63,511 nt of DNA, filler included, from Octopus bimaculoides (GCF_001194135.2; 10 parts of 10 records of this genome joined end to end with filler, not necessarily neighbours in it), one strand, 5' to 3'; shown: positions 1 through 12,338, counted from the whole stretch's first letter. Numbers and translations: made by a program. The notes: generated from the sequence alone by a model not told the origin.

Positions 1-859
1 TAATCAAAATCGTGTGTAACGTCTAAACGAGACTGTTCTCTCCCTCCCACTATTGCCGGACTACTAAGCTGTCTCGCCCTCTAACAACAGCAGCTGTTCA
101 TGTGAAACCAATTAATTATTAGTTGAAAACTACTGTACCGTAACTTGGTTATTCAATTTTGGTGTAATATTTCTCCCTTATAGAGAAACCTGCCCCAGAA
201 TCTCTTTTCGTCAGTAGCACCACCCATTTTATTTTCGACATACTACGAAAGGATCTGGTTCCAACAAAAGTAAAATACATTACGAACAGCGTATTTAAAA
301 CGACATTACTAATCTATCCTTCCTGTTTGAAGGAGGTATGATTTGAGGAATATTTGGCTGTTTTTTTTTTCTGTGTGTTGAGCCTAGAGTAATGCAGGTC
401 TAGCTAGACTACTTCTGAAAAGACGAGTCTGTTAGAATACCTTTGGTCATATGTCGGCCAGAGGTAAACAACAACATTTTGAATAACTTTCCCCAACAAT
501 TGTGGGAGCCTGTATGGGATCGCTCGAGATACTAAAAATGGTAGCTAAATCTCTCTAAAACCATCCTCAAAATTTCTTATAAGGATGAAGTTAAGTTATA
601 AGGGGAAAAGTTGATCATATCAGAAAAATAGGAGTCATCAAGGATTGGATAAAAATTGTATAATAAGTAGCAGTCGACAATTCTAATAGATATGTGGTTA
701 GTATAGAGGTCGATATCAGTGAAGAGAACGATATAGTAGTGTGTCTACTTCGATGCATAATATATACCATCTTGTAGTTCTGATATTATGGTCACGCATA
801 AACAATACAATGTAAACAAATGGATACCACAAAGCAACAATTATATTCTTTTCTACTCC

Positions 860-1215
860 AGGCACAAGGCCCGAAATTTTTGGGGAAGAGCCAGTCAATT
901 AGATCAACCCCCAGTACGCAACTGGTACTTAATTTATCGACTCCGAAAGAATGAAAAGCTAAGTCGATCGGAATTTGAACTCAGAACGTAAAGACAGACA
1001 AAATACCTATTTCTTTACTGCCCACAAGGGGCTACACACAGAGGGGACAAACAAGGACAGACAAACGGATTAAGTCGATTAAATCTACCCCAGTGCGTAA
1101 CTGGTACTTAATTTATCGACCCCGAAAGGATGAATTTGAACTCAGAACGTAACGGCAGACGAAATACCGCTAAGCATTTCGCCCGGCGTGCTAACGTTTC
1201 TGCCAGCTCACCGCC
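860..1215 (-). mobile_element. tRNA-derived SINE, family A (two tandem, partly deleted copies)
   Basis: Minus-strand head GGCGGTGAGCTGGCAGAAACGTTAGCACGCCGGGCG and B-box-like GAGTTCAAATTC. Core ccccagtgcgtaactggtacttaatttatcgacccc occurs twice here and recurs at about 22410, 46650, 48210, 49320, 55310 and 57405. Confidence 0.85.
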
Positions 1216-1399
1216 TTGCAACAATTATATTCTGCAGAATGTAAAAGCAGGATTAAAAGAAGTTGATGCATGCTTTTCGGGCCCTGCGAGCCGGGGTACT
1301 CAAGCTGAAGATAATGCTCGTTTCTTTGTGGTCCCGATTTTTTTATATCCATAGTGTTGGAGAACACAGTAGACTGAATCGTGGTCACAGAAGCCACTG

Positions 1400-1640
1400 G
1401 GCTTAGCCGTAAAACACCCAAGGATTCCTCAAATTCGTTGCTTGTACTACGTATACCCATGAAGAGGCCAGTGGGATCCACTCTCGGGTGGAAGTCAAAA
1501 AGGGACACCGGAGGTGAGACAGACTTGTTAAGACCAGTCAAGACTTGACTGAAGACTGTGGAACATGTTTTGACAGATATTGACAGTCTGACTTGGGAAC
1601 TGACTCATCACAGTGCTTGCCACCTTGCTGGGTAGAAATC
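1400..1640 (+). mobile_element. Degenerate RTE-like LINE C-terminal remnant
   Basis: One frame reads GWKSKRDTGGETDLLRPVKT, resembling the W-K-R-x-R-G-G..W..VK.D tail of RTE ORFs. Heavily decayed. Confidence 0.3.
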
Positions 1641-2592
1641 TCTCTGATACTTAATACGAAAAGGGGCAAACTAAAACTAAGATGTATGACTGACTATTCT
1701 ATTTCCATATTCTTATGTTTGCGTATGTGTGTAAAGCTACGGCTTTGAGAGTTCCTCGGATATTGTTGCAGGCAGCCAGCAAATATTCACGTAACCTATC
1801 TTTAAAACGCTAACTCGTTCGTCATATGCACAATGCATCTCAGAGCTTGCAGATTATGCAGTATAGTTTAGTAGTCTCCTGGGTGCACATGTTCTTTGTG
1901 TCGCTTTGTTTTCTTTTCTTCTCTTGGCTGGAACATAATCTCCTTCTCCTGTGCAACATGAGATATTGGTTCCCATTACCATTTTCTTTTATTCTAACCT
2001 TCTCCCGTTTATCCCACCTCCCACACAGTCTTCTTAATTTCTTAGACTTTGTCTTTCACAGCAATCTCCTCTCACTCTCTACATCACACTCTCATTTTTA
2101 TCATTTGCTTGCCCAAAGCCAAACCTACTTTTTTCATTTTCATACGACGGTTAAAAGGTATTAGATTCTTCACTCCTCATGGCATTGAAACCTATTGATA
2201 TCTTCTAGGACCTAAATTCCATCACAAACTTTCTTGAAATTCTGGGTTTTATCTGTGTTCACAACAGCTCGCCTCGGCGGTTCTTCGCTTCTTCAATAAA
2301 AATCCAGTTCAAAATCCTTATCCAGGTGGTCTATGCTAAATGTTTGTAATTCTTCCATTTCATATTCTCTAACAAATTCTACAATTGTGAGATCTTACAA
2401 GGATCTTATAGACCTCAATCTGAGTAACTTTTGAAATAGAAAGTTATTCAAAACTGGCTGCGACTTCCAAAAGTAATTATTCACTGTGGTAAAAATTACT
2501 TGGATTAGATACAAAATCCTGAAGTTACTTCCCTTGCTGTTAAACCGCCAAATCAATCTTGATTGCTTAGAGTCTAAACCTTAGACCTATCA

Positions 2593-2650
2593 ATGACCAT
2601 TCTGCCTTTCTATGACAATCCTGCCTTTGTATGACAATCTTGCCTTTTCG
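2593..2650 (+). repeat. About 19-bp tandem repeat, 3 copies
   Basis: atgaccattctgcctttct / atgacaatcctgcctttgt / atgacaatcttgccttt. Confidence 0.8.
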
Positions 2651-4379
2651 CAGATACAATGTGGCAATGATTTTATTATCCAATATGTTATTTCACTTCT
2701 AAGACCACTAGAGTGAGATCGATGGAAGATTTCGCTGTTCCTTGTAATAAATTATGTGACTACCTAATGGTTCCTTGGCTCGGTGTTTCTTTCTTTCGTC
2801 TTTCGAATGAAAGGGTATCTGGTTCTTTACCGAGTTCATAGACATAAACTAAAAAATCTACTTCGGATTCAATGACATGAAATTATGTTAAATGTTATAT
2901 TAAATGTTATAGTGTTGTATTAAAATCGCTATTGTATATTGTTACATATATTGTAGTGTACCATTATATTTTATTATATCATATTATATTATATCATATT
3001 ATATCATATAATATTATATTATATCAGATTATACTGATACATAGTATTCGCAAATGTGATAAGACAGCAGACATTATTAAATGCAAAAGCTCATTTACTT
3101 TATACCATTTTAAATTATTTTAAGACACAGGGTACTGAAGCGATTCTTGACAGTAACTGGGTAACGGCATTCTGTTTTAGTAGTTTTATAGGAAATATAA
3201 ATTACAGAAGATTGTCTTCTCCTAAAGATATCTAATATATAAAGTGCTAGGCGGGCAAAAAAGAAGAACGAAAAAAAGTAGTATTTTTCCCAAGGGAAAA
3301 TGTCTTCAGTTTAGTAAACAAGAAAACATTTTATTTCTTTATTACTAAGTTAATATTTCTAAGTATAAAGTAATGTTGTCATTTCAGACGTTGTCTAATG
3401 TTTCGGAGGATGAAACGTGCTGACATTTCTGTTGGAATGCTGTAAGAAGATGTTAAAAAAAAAATGAAGAAAAGAAAATGTTCTCATTATTTTAACGTTT
3501 CTTTAAAACTATTTCCAGCCTTGTCTTTTATACGATTCCCTTCGTCCATCTGTTTTATTTTCATTAGTATTTTTAAAAAAAATTATTTTTCACTATGCTT
3601 TGACATTGGCTCGTGTTAAGCAAGGTTTAATGACAATGAAAATAAAATGGGTGAATTCAGTAGCAACATGACGTGTAAATTAGACGATCTTTGTTTAACT
3701 AAATAAGATAAAAAATATAGATATATGAGCACCCGTGACTATTATATCAGTAGATATTCAATGATATTAGATCAGAGGATTATCAGTTGAAAAAAACCCC
3801 TCTTCAGTAAGGGCCACTTCGGGGTTTTCTGTTCCTAGGAGCATGAGGAAAGACAGAGAGAGAAATTGGTAGAGAGCAGTAAGACCAACAACAACGACAA
3901 CAGTTCACAGAGGTCGCTGATCCAATGGTATTATCTGTCGAAGGTCTGGTACGGGAAGAGAAAGAAGAGCTCTCCTTGTCTTCTGTTCCAGAAGTGGTGG
4001 ATATCGAAGCCTTAAGCCAGCAGTAGATTACTACCACCCAATCCATTTTCAAGCACGTGGAGAAAATATGCACTGAAGAGGAATAGCAGACTGTTGCAGA
4101 GACAAAAAAAAAATGACAGAAAAAGGTCGATGAGCGGGAGCAAAAGGTGTGTTAAATATACCAAAAGCCCCACCACCACCACCACTTTGTGAGAGAATAT
4201 GGAGTTCAAGATCGTGAGAAGGAGCAATGTGTTACTGACATTACAGCTGAGTCATTAAACAATTAAGAATAACGACGTGGTGTACTAAGTGGAGTCTGAT
4301 ATACAGGAGTCGGACAAAAGATGTTGGTGAAGACCACATCAATAATTTACCACAGTTGTTGCTTGCTGCTGATGCTGCT

Positions 4380-4640
4380 GCTGCTTCGTGCTCTTGCTTG
4401 ATGGGGCTGAGGTCATCCCAGCTTAGTGATCCCAGAGGCGTCATCGTGCATAGAGCTGACCAGGTTCGCCAGTACTCCCCATCGTCGGCGGTCCCATGCC
4501 AGTCCCTCTGCATCCTCCAAGATGACGTTGAGCGTCTGCAGAGATTCCTTAATTACGCCCAGCCATCTAGTGCGGGGCCTACCACGAAGCTTCTTCCAGA
4601 CTGCAGCAGAAATCAGAAACTCCCAGAAGACCATCAAATG
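4380..4640 (-). mobile_element. RTE-clade LINE 3' end
   Basis: Translation KKLRGRPRTRWLGVIKESLQTLNVILEDAEGLAWDRRRW matches the RGRP..RW.D.I..DL....A.DR..W C-terminus of RTE ORF2. Confidence 0.7.
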
Positions 4641-4856
4641 CTTTTTAATATAACTAACTTAAAATATGTGCAGTCCCCTTTGGTATCAACACAACGAGTT
4701 GCAGGCAAGCAAAGTCGCTGAGCTCTTTGAGAGGGTAGATTATTTTGTTTGTGTTTCATGTTTTTAAATTACGACTTTTACGTATTCTGTTTTAATTGCT
4801 GTTTCATACAATTATATATTTATTGTTTTTCTTAAGTTTTATCAAATTTTTAATGT

Positions 4857-5014
4857 TCTCTGCATAACGTTTTTACTCCTCCCTTTGCCAAAACATTAAG
4901 AAATAAGCGAACGACAGATTGCATATCCTGTTATAATGTCCTCTGTATAAGTCTTTATTCTTCCCCTTGCTAAAACATTAAGAAATAAGTGAACGACATA
5001 TTGCATGTACTGTT
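4857..5014 (+). repeat. 82-bp period tandem duplication, 2 copies
   Basis: aaaacattaagaaataag(c/t)gaacgaca(g/t)attgcat at 4890 and 4972, with flanking similarity. Confidence 0.85.
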
Positions 5015-6209
5015 GTCTTAGACGTGGCTAAAACAGTGGATAGTTACAGCTGGAATGTCTTCGAAAATAATTTTGTTTGCTTGATCAGGATTGTCCTGAG
5101 GCTAAACAAAAACAACGGCAGCAGCAACAACAATCTTTATAAAACAGGTTATGCTGAAAAGTTTTAAAGTGCACGGAAAGGCATTCCAAAGGGATTTGTA
5201 ATAATTCAAGCAGAAGTGGAATGCAATCGTCTGGAAGCGAAAAAACATTTCTAAAAATACATTCATTTTATTTCTGATAAACAATTTTTTCTAAAGAGTT
5301 TCAGAAGAATATTAAACAGCATTTTAAAATAATACAAGAATTGGTGAAGAACAAAACTGTCAAAAGAAAATACCTTGCGGTCTTTAGTCGTGACTCTTTA
5401 CGTACTGAGTTCAAATGGTGTCATTTCTGTTTTTGGCTTTATCTTTTCTTCTCTTTCTGGGGGAAAGTAAAATAAGTAAACTCTCGATAAAATAAGTCCA
5501 TCTCAAATCCTAGGGATCAATGTAATCGACTGACCGCTCAAGTCCACTTCTAACAATCAATAGGATTGAAGATGCGTTGATTGATCCCCCCAAAAAGGCA
5601 GGTAATGAACTGTAGTTAATGAGCGGAGGCAAACAAACACAAGAAATTAATAAATTTTTAAACAAATGAAAAATAGCAAAAAATACAAAATGAAAGAGAA
5701 AGAGTGCTAAGTAAATAACAAAAAAAAAACGGAAAAATTTCTGTTGCTGCTGCGCATCTGCAGAGTGTACAAACTGCAAAATCTTATATACAGATACAAA
5801 AAAATTTGGTGTGTGTTCTTAGTCGTTTCTGCTTTAAGAAAATTGTTACTAATGGATTTTACTAATGGAAGGAAAACGCCCCTAACCATAAATAACTCTC
5901 GCAAGATGGCGCTGATAGACGACGGCACGAAATGTAGTAAATTTTGTTTTGTCAATACATAAAATTTATTTAAAAGATATGAAAGCACACAGACACACAG
6001 ACACACAAACTCACACACACGCATCCATCCATCCATCCATCCATCCATCCGTACGTACATACATACATACATACATACATACATACATACACATGTATGC
6101 GTGTATGCTTGTATGTATGGGGAATTTTTTTTTTTTTTTGCATAGTANNNNNNNNNNTACGTCACGATCTAGTCAATTACTTTTCCTTTTCCTCCAAAAT
6201 GAGGGCAAA

Positions 6210-6242
<33 letters not shown>

Positions 6243-7081
6243 ATTGTTGTTGTTGTTGTTGTTGTTCCTAGATCAGCCCTAATCGAGCGTAACTATGGTG
6301 CCATACCATCACTATGTTTGTCAGAAACTGCATTGTCCAATATGCCCAAGACGGTAAGATGTGATTTGAGGAAGATTTGGCGGTTATTTCAAGAAGGCTG
6401 AAGGTGCTAAAGTTGGGAAAAGAAGTAAAGTTTCAGATTAAACGAAACACTAGATGTCGTTTAGTTGCATTCCTTAATCTTCTGAGTTTGATCCTCCTAG
6501 GCACAACAATATACATAGCAGCCATGCAATGGGGTTGATTTTATTCAATTAAACTTCCCCCCTCGACAAAATATTGTGGCCCCTGGCTTAAAATTACAAA
6601 TCAATAGAAGAGTTCCCATAAGAATTCAATAAGATCAATAACTGTAAAGAAGTCGTTGGAGCTTGACTTACCCTAACTTTAGAACCTGGCTACAGTACTG
6701 AAACCAATAAGCAAGTTTTTGGTGAATTGTTTGCCCTCGATGTGGTTTTCATCAATGAATCGTGAGTGAATTTGAGAGACAATTATTTTTCTTTTTTTAT
6801 TAGTTGAAAAAGAAAAAAAGATTTGTCTTTGAAAGCAAGTTTTGAGAAAATACATGTGTGGCATTGAAAAACTGATATCAGATTCGTGATCAGCAGATTG
6901 ACACTCGTTGATGCTGCATCGAAGAGGCCAGGGAATAGAAGAAAGAAGACATGCACCCAACACCAGAGCTGAAGACACCTCNNNNNNNNNNNNNNNNNNN
7001 NNNNNNNNNNNNNNNNNNNNNNNNNTTAATTAATTAANNNNNNNNNNNNNNNNNNNNNNNNNNNNNNNNNNNNNNNNNNNN

Positions 7082-7152
<71 letters not shown>

Positions 7153-7199
7153 CGGTGGTGAGATTGTCGCCATTTTATATTTTTAATTTCGCTCATGCA

Positions 7200-7745
7200 C
7201 ATTGTTTGCTTTTGATCTTGTCGATTACACAGTATAGTAGGATCAATTGGGCACCAAATGCGAGGAAAACAGCACCATGACACAATTCACGTTGCCAGAA
7301 ATTTGAAAACAACATGTCTTACTGCTTGGCATTCGCACCGGAAGCGCGAATGCCAAGCAGTGCTTTCATCCGTTGTTCGGGGTGTAAATCTGAGGACAGT
7401 GTAATTTGAGGACATGTACCGAGAGTGATAAAAATCAAACATCCAGTCATCATGGTGCTTGGAGTGATAACTAGTGATGGTGACGTTATGCCTCCACCAT
7501 CTTCCAACACGGCCTCAGACTCAACACGGAGGCCTCCAATCAAGTGTCTGGAGTGGGTAGTGTTTTCCTGGGTCAAGTGGGTGGCTGCTAAAAGACACTA
7601 CGTCCGGCAACAAGACTCAGCACCATGTCACACAAGCAGGAGAACCCAGTAATGTCTGTCAGACAATTTCTGCGACCACATCATCCATAAAATCTGGTCA
7701 CCTAACTCACCAGGCTGCAACCCCCTTAATTATTATATTTGGGGA
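7200..7745 (+). mobile_element. Tc1/mariner (maT/DD37D-like) transposase remnant
   Basis: KHPVIMVLGVITSDGDVMPP ... YVRQQDSAPCHTSRRTQ*CLSDNF ... IWSPNSPGCNPLNYYIWG corresponds to the maT motifs HPASVMVLG, QQDSAPAH and WPPSSPDLNPLDY. Stops and deletions present. Confidence 0.85.
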
Positions 7746-7862
7746 CAATATGATTTATTGTTTCTTTTCCATTTCCACATATTCTGCAGTTACTTGTATT
7801 TCTCTTCATTACATGTTTCTGGTAATTTCTGGTGGGAAGACTTTGATCTTGTGCTGCAATTA
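7745..7862 (-). mobile_element. R4/Dong-like non-LTR retrotransposon fragment (zinc-knuckle region)
   Basis: Minus strand reads GFLIAAQDQSLPTRNYQKHVMKRNTSNCRICGNGKETINH, the AAQDQ.L.TR / CRxC..ET..H motif of R2/R4-group elements. Confidence 0.75.
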
Positions 7863-7939
7863 AAAATCCTTCAGTCTCTGCTTTGAGTCCCGAGCTTCTC
7901 AGTCATTGTTGGGATTTTGGTTTGTCTATTTCTTTTCTG

Positions 7940-7940
<1 letters not shown>

Positions 7941-8011
<71 letters not shown>

Positions 8012-8103
8012 GTTATTATTATTATTATTATTGTTATTATTATTATTATTATTATTATTGATATTATTTTTATTATTATTATTATTGTTGTTGTTGTTGC
8101 TGA

Positions 8104-8143
<40 letters not shown>

Positions 8144-8152
8144 ATTATTATT
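7941..8152. repeat. (TTA)n/(GTT)n compound microsatellite
   Basis: Directly visible. Confidence 0.97.
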
Positions 8153-8454
8153 CCTTCGTAACACAGTGTAGGTAAAAATGCACCGGAGTCTTTAGTCATC
8201 TGTTAAGTCACAACAAGGACTTCAAACTTATAATACTTACCTTAAGATGTGCGCAGTGCCCAATAAGGCTGCTTTTTGCAAGACATCAATCTTGCATGGG
8301 GTTTCCAGTTACCTTCAGAAGTCTTGAAGTTTCAATGGGATTGAGCCCAACCACTGATATCACTTTAACAGTACCCTGCTTGCATTCCGTACAGTCTTGC
8401 CATTTCCACTTTCAATTCGGAGTATTTGGTAATTTTTTCAACCTCTTTACTCAC

Positions 8455-8455
<1 letters not shown>
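8153..8455 (-). mobile_element. R4/Dong-like retrotransposon 3' end (REL endonuclease tail and 3' UTR)
   Basis: Minus strand gives KYSELKVEMARL ... VKVISVVG ... LQKAALLGTAHILR, the typical R4/Dong C-terminus. Flanked on both sides by (TAA)n runs. Confidence 0.8.
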
Positions 8456-8516
<61 letters not shown>

Positions 8517-10139
8517 GTCTAAATTCCCGAATGTCAGGTGAGTATCTTCCTTCAGTGTATCTTGTGTATGCACATAACCATTTTAAACACAGCTCGTCCG
8601 TTATCCCTGTAAAGACCAGAGTTTATAGAAGTAAAACTCTTAAAGTATTCAACATATCTAATGCTATAAGTTTGCACTTATCAGCACTGACTAACGAAAC
8701 TATGCTTACATCGAATGGACCATCAATTCGGATACTTAAACTAGGTAGATTTCTTATCGAAAATTAGAGTCTTCTTAACTCGTTTTATTATCTCTGTTAA
8801 AAATTTCACTAAAATCCTGTTTTGCGTAGAAGTGTTTTTACAGACAGATAGAAAATTGTACTATATCAAACTGGATAAATTTGGCGTTGCCAAGTGATAA
8901 ACGGGTGTATTTCTTTTATCACATTAAGATCGGTATGATTTCTAATGTTATTTTAACTTTTCTTTGAATGTTTCTTACTAACTAATCTACTCTTTGATTT
9001 AACAGGGTTGATTAACCTACATTTAGTTTTAAGAGAAACATACACTTTTGAGACTTAATCGTGATTAACGCTGTAATTTTGCTAAGGCATCTTGTCTTCT
9101 ATCAATATTAAGCATTATTTTCCCCCGTCTTTCTCTAAATATAAATAATACAGCAAATTTGCGGACCTGTTTCCATATATTTCATAGTTTTATTATCAAG
9201 TAATTGCACGTGTAAGTTCTAACTTGTTTCATAAAATGTTTTAATGCTGATGAGTGAAGAGGAATTTATTATATACATCCTCCTTTTTTACATTACATCT
9301 ATCCAGCCTTTCTGTATTATTAACATTATATTACTTCACTATCAGTCTGTTATAGCCTTTCCTATACTAATGCCTTAATCGTACCATATCGTCTTAAATT
9401 TAACATAGTCAATTTTTTTCTAAGCTATGTAACCCCTTTGCTTAATTCTTGAATTAGCTATTGTGTTATTTTTGGCTAACGGAACTTGACAGAATCCTGC
9501 TTTAAACACAACATATAACCCCTCGAAATAAAAAAATTTTTTTTTAGAATTTTCATAAAATTTTGCGAATTTGTATTCTATATGCGGCAAATCACACGAC
9601 TATGAAATAAAAAAATAATTTTTCGAAATTTCATAATAAAATTTTGATTTATTAATTTTCCATTTTTATTTTAGAAAAATGAAAAATTAAAATTTAGAAA
9701 TTAAAAGAGTAAAAGAGTAAGAGTATACATCATGTGTTAATATCTATCTGTGTATGTGTCACTGTGTGTCGGTGAATTTTTGCGTGATATACGAGTGTGT
9801 GCATGTGTGTGCTTGTGCACCAGTGTGTGAATACGTATGTATAAGCATATAATAATACAATGGCGAATTAATAAGCTTATACGTCAAAGCGGATGTTTAG
9901 TGACTGTTGGTAGTTCAGTATTGCACCGTCAGTCGTCTCCTGACTGTAAACCGTCCAGTTATTTACGTAAGGAGTTTGACATCATGCAACATAGATACAC
10001 CCATTGCTAAATTAATACTGAGACGTCAATGACAGAAAAACTGTGCTGCTGGATTGAATTATGACGGGAACAAGACAACAACGAGGACGACCACAACGAC
10101 GAAGAAGAAGGAAAATAAGACAATGTTAAAATAATAATG

Positions 10140-10143
10140 ATGG

Positions 10144-10212
<69 letters not shown>

Positions 10213-10250
10213 CAATAATAATAAGAATAATAATAATAATAATAATAATA
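10140..10250. repeat. (ACT)n/(AAT)n microsatellite
   Basis: Directly visible. Confidence 0.95.
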
Positions 10251-10695
10251 TTTTTTAAATTTTTTAAAAAAGGAAAAGAAAAATATTTAATCAAACAGTT
10301 TTGTATAAATTTGATGATATTCTCATGTCATTTTCTTCATTCCTCCAGCACGTGATGTTAATAACCCGCAAACATATTTCTCCTCATGCATTTTGAGAAG
10401 TAAAAGTGAAGTAGGTTCAGAATATTTTCCGAGAATATGCACCTTTCAAATCTTTTTCAAATCTTTTTTTCTGTCTGTTTCTTTTCGGCTGTCATAAAAT
10501 TGAAACTCAAAAACTGATGATTTCATTCCATCAACGTGTGGACACTGGTTGCTCTCCTTCATACTTTAAATTTAAATTACAATAATTTTGAATTTTTAAT
10601 ACTTCCTATTTTGAACTTGACAAAGACAGACTTACTGTCGAAATATCGTTCAACCAATAAAATATTTATGACAATCGAATAGCGCTCTACGTCTT

Positions 10696-10697
<2 letters not shown>

Positions 10698-10751
<54 letters not shown>

Positions 10752-10829
10752 TAATAATAATAATAATGATAATAATAATAATGATGATAATAAAAATAAT
10801 AATAATAATAATAATAATGATAATAATAA
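10698..10829. repeat. (AAT)n/(GAT) microsatellite running into a gap
   Basis: Directly visible. Confidence 0.95.
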
Positions 10830-11044
10830 NNNNNNNNNNNNNNNNNNNNNNNNNNNNNNNNNNNNNNNNNNNNTTAATTAATTAANNNNNNNNNNNNNNN
10901 NNNNNNNNNNNNNNNNNNNNNNNNNNNNNAATTACACCACAGTTATTTTGTGATCTTTGCTACCTTGGTTTCTATTAACCTATTTATTCTATCCGAATTA
11001 TTATTTATTAGGATAAAATAAATACATATAATTATATATATATA

Positions 11045-11297
11045 GGTAATCTTCAAGTTTAGGGGGATAAAAAAAATAAATAAAAATATTCAAGGGAAAT
11101 AACTGAACGACTTACCAGTATTATCCGTTTTCTTCTAGCTGTTTATAAATAAATCACACCCTAACCCTAACGTCAATCAAATCACGTGTGTGATTTATTT
11201 ATAAACAGAGATGTACGGAGAATACTGGTAAGACGTTCAGTTACTTCCCTTGAATATTTTTATTAATTTTTTTATCCCCCTAAACTTGAAGATTACC
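11045..11297. mobile_element. 253-bp foldback MITE with long TIRs (MULE- or Merlin-like)
   Basis: Begins GGTAATCTTCAAGTTTAGGGGGATAAAAAAA and ends TTTTTTTATCCCCCTAAACTTGAAGATTACC. Inverted similarity extends about 115 bp per arm. Flanks are compatible with a 9-bp TSD ATATATATA (11036-11044 / 11298-11306), but this is ambiguous within (TA)n. Confidence 0.85.
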
Positions 11298-11753
11298 ATA
11301 TATATATATATATTTAATGATCTGAGGTCTTAGCCATCGCGACCAAGGCCATGCTGGAGCAAAAGCCACTAATATAGTGTATAGCAACTTGGATTTTTTT
11401 TACTGGAGAGGCGTTAGACCTCCCTTGCATCTGACCAGAATGTAATGGAAACCAGTTCGTTTTCAATCGCATAAAACAACAGCAACTTCTCAGGGAATTA
11501 AAAAGAAATATCGTTTGTATTTATAAAATAAAATACAGTTCTGCAGAGAACGGTGTCTGATAAGTCCCCCTCTTTAAATTGTAGGTTTTGAATGATATCA
11601 GAAATAATTGTTAGTCAGGTGAAGTGGAATCCTAGAAGGACAGATTACGTTATGGATAGGGGCGAATTTGGAAAGGTTTAACGTACCTACCATTGTTGTT
11701 CGATTTCTTGATATTTTAATGAAAGAAGAAGAGAGAATAGGGACGGAATGTGG

Positions 11754-12338
11754 TTAATCTGTGGCTCGAAGTGTCACCTTTTTCTTCAAGGTGGAATAAA
11801 AACTTGAAGTCTGTTCTATGGAAATCTTTTTGCTTTCCTTAGAAACTTGTGCATTTATATCAGGTGATAATGATGAGATGTCACATTTTTCTTTGTTCCT
11901 TTCATAAACAGTGAGTAAACTTTTGATGAAAACAGAACCACTTTCCTCAGTTCGGAAAGCCTTGCTTTCTGGAACAGTGGCAAAAGTAACATATAGATCT
12001 GGAACATTGAAATATTGCTTCACGTCTTCCTTTTCTGAATTAGTTTCACCACCTTTGCTACATTCCGCGTCCTCTTTGACTTGAGGTTCACTTTGACAAG
12101 TATTTTTATTAGTTGGACAAGCATCGGTATCTTTCGCGACATTATTCTTATTAGGTTTAATTTGACAAGTATTTATATAAACGAATTTTGGTTTGTCGTT
12201 CAACTGAGTACTCTTTACAATTATATTAATAGTGGAATAAGATGATTCCTTATCATCAATTCCAATAATATTCCTTATTGAACATAACGAAACAATCTTC
12301 ACAGGCTGTATTATCTGCCTTTTCTTTTACAATTAATA
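11754..12338 (-). pseudogene. 5'-truncated, frameshifted paralog of the CARD-caspase at 15506-16471 (3' part of p20 plus p10)
   Basis: Strong similarity to the intact copy (YFNVPxLYVTFATVPE..AFR..ESGSVFIKSLLTVYERNKExCDISSLS.DIN.QVSKES ... STLKK.V.LRATD*). The 22 nt encoding LMSHGVLG (15913-15934) are replaced by 5 nt (12275-12279): a net 17-nt loss that shifts frame and removes the catalytic His. No CARD-encoding sequence is visible upstream. Confidence 0.85.

Noticed and set aside
3800-4230. Purine-rich coding-like stretch
   Set aside because: Interrupted by stops in the plausible frame and no recognisable motif. Possibly a retroelement ORF1 relic but unsupported.
7026-7037. TTAATTAATTAA recurring identically (also near 10874, 18069, 20965, 31620, 42947, 44312, 54003, 61759)
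   Set aside because: Always centred in a roughly 100-base N block and contains stops in all six frames. It is an assembly gap marker, not a biological repeat or CRISPR-like array.
7871-8199. Poly-N/I/L/T ORFs and similar poly-L/S/V or HT/YI/CV ORFs elsewhere
   Set aside because: Translations of microsatellites.
11754-12302. Supplied 182-aa ORF taken as a complete gene
   Set aside because: Its start is a GTG in the shifted frame; the first about 10 residues are out-of-frame EDCFVMF sequence. Treated as a disrupted paralog.
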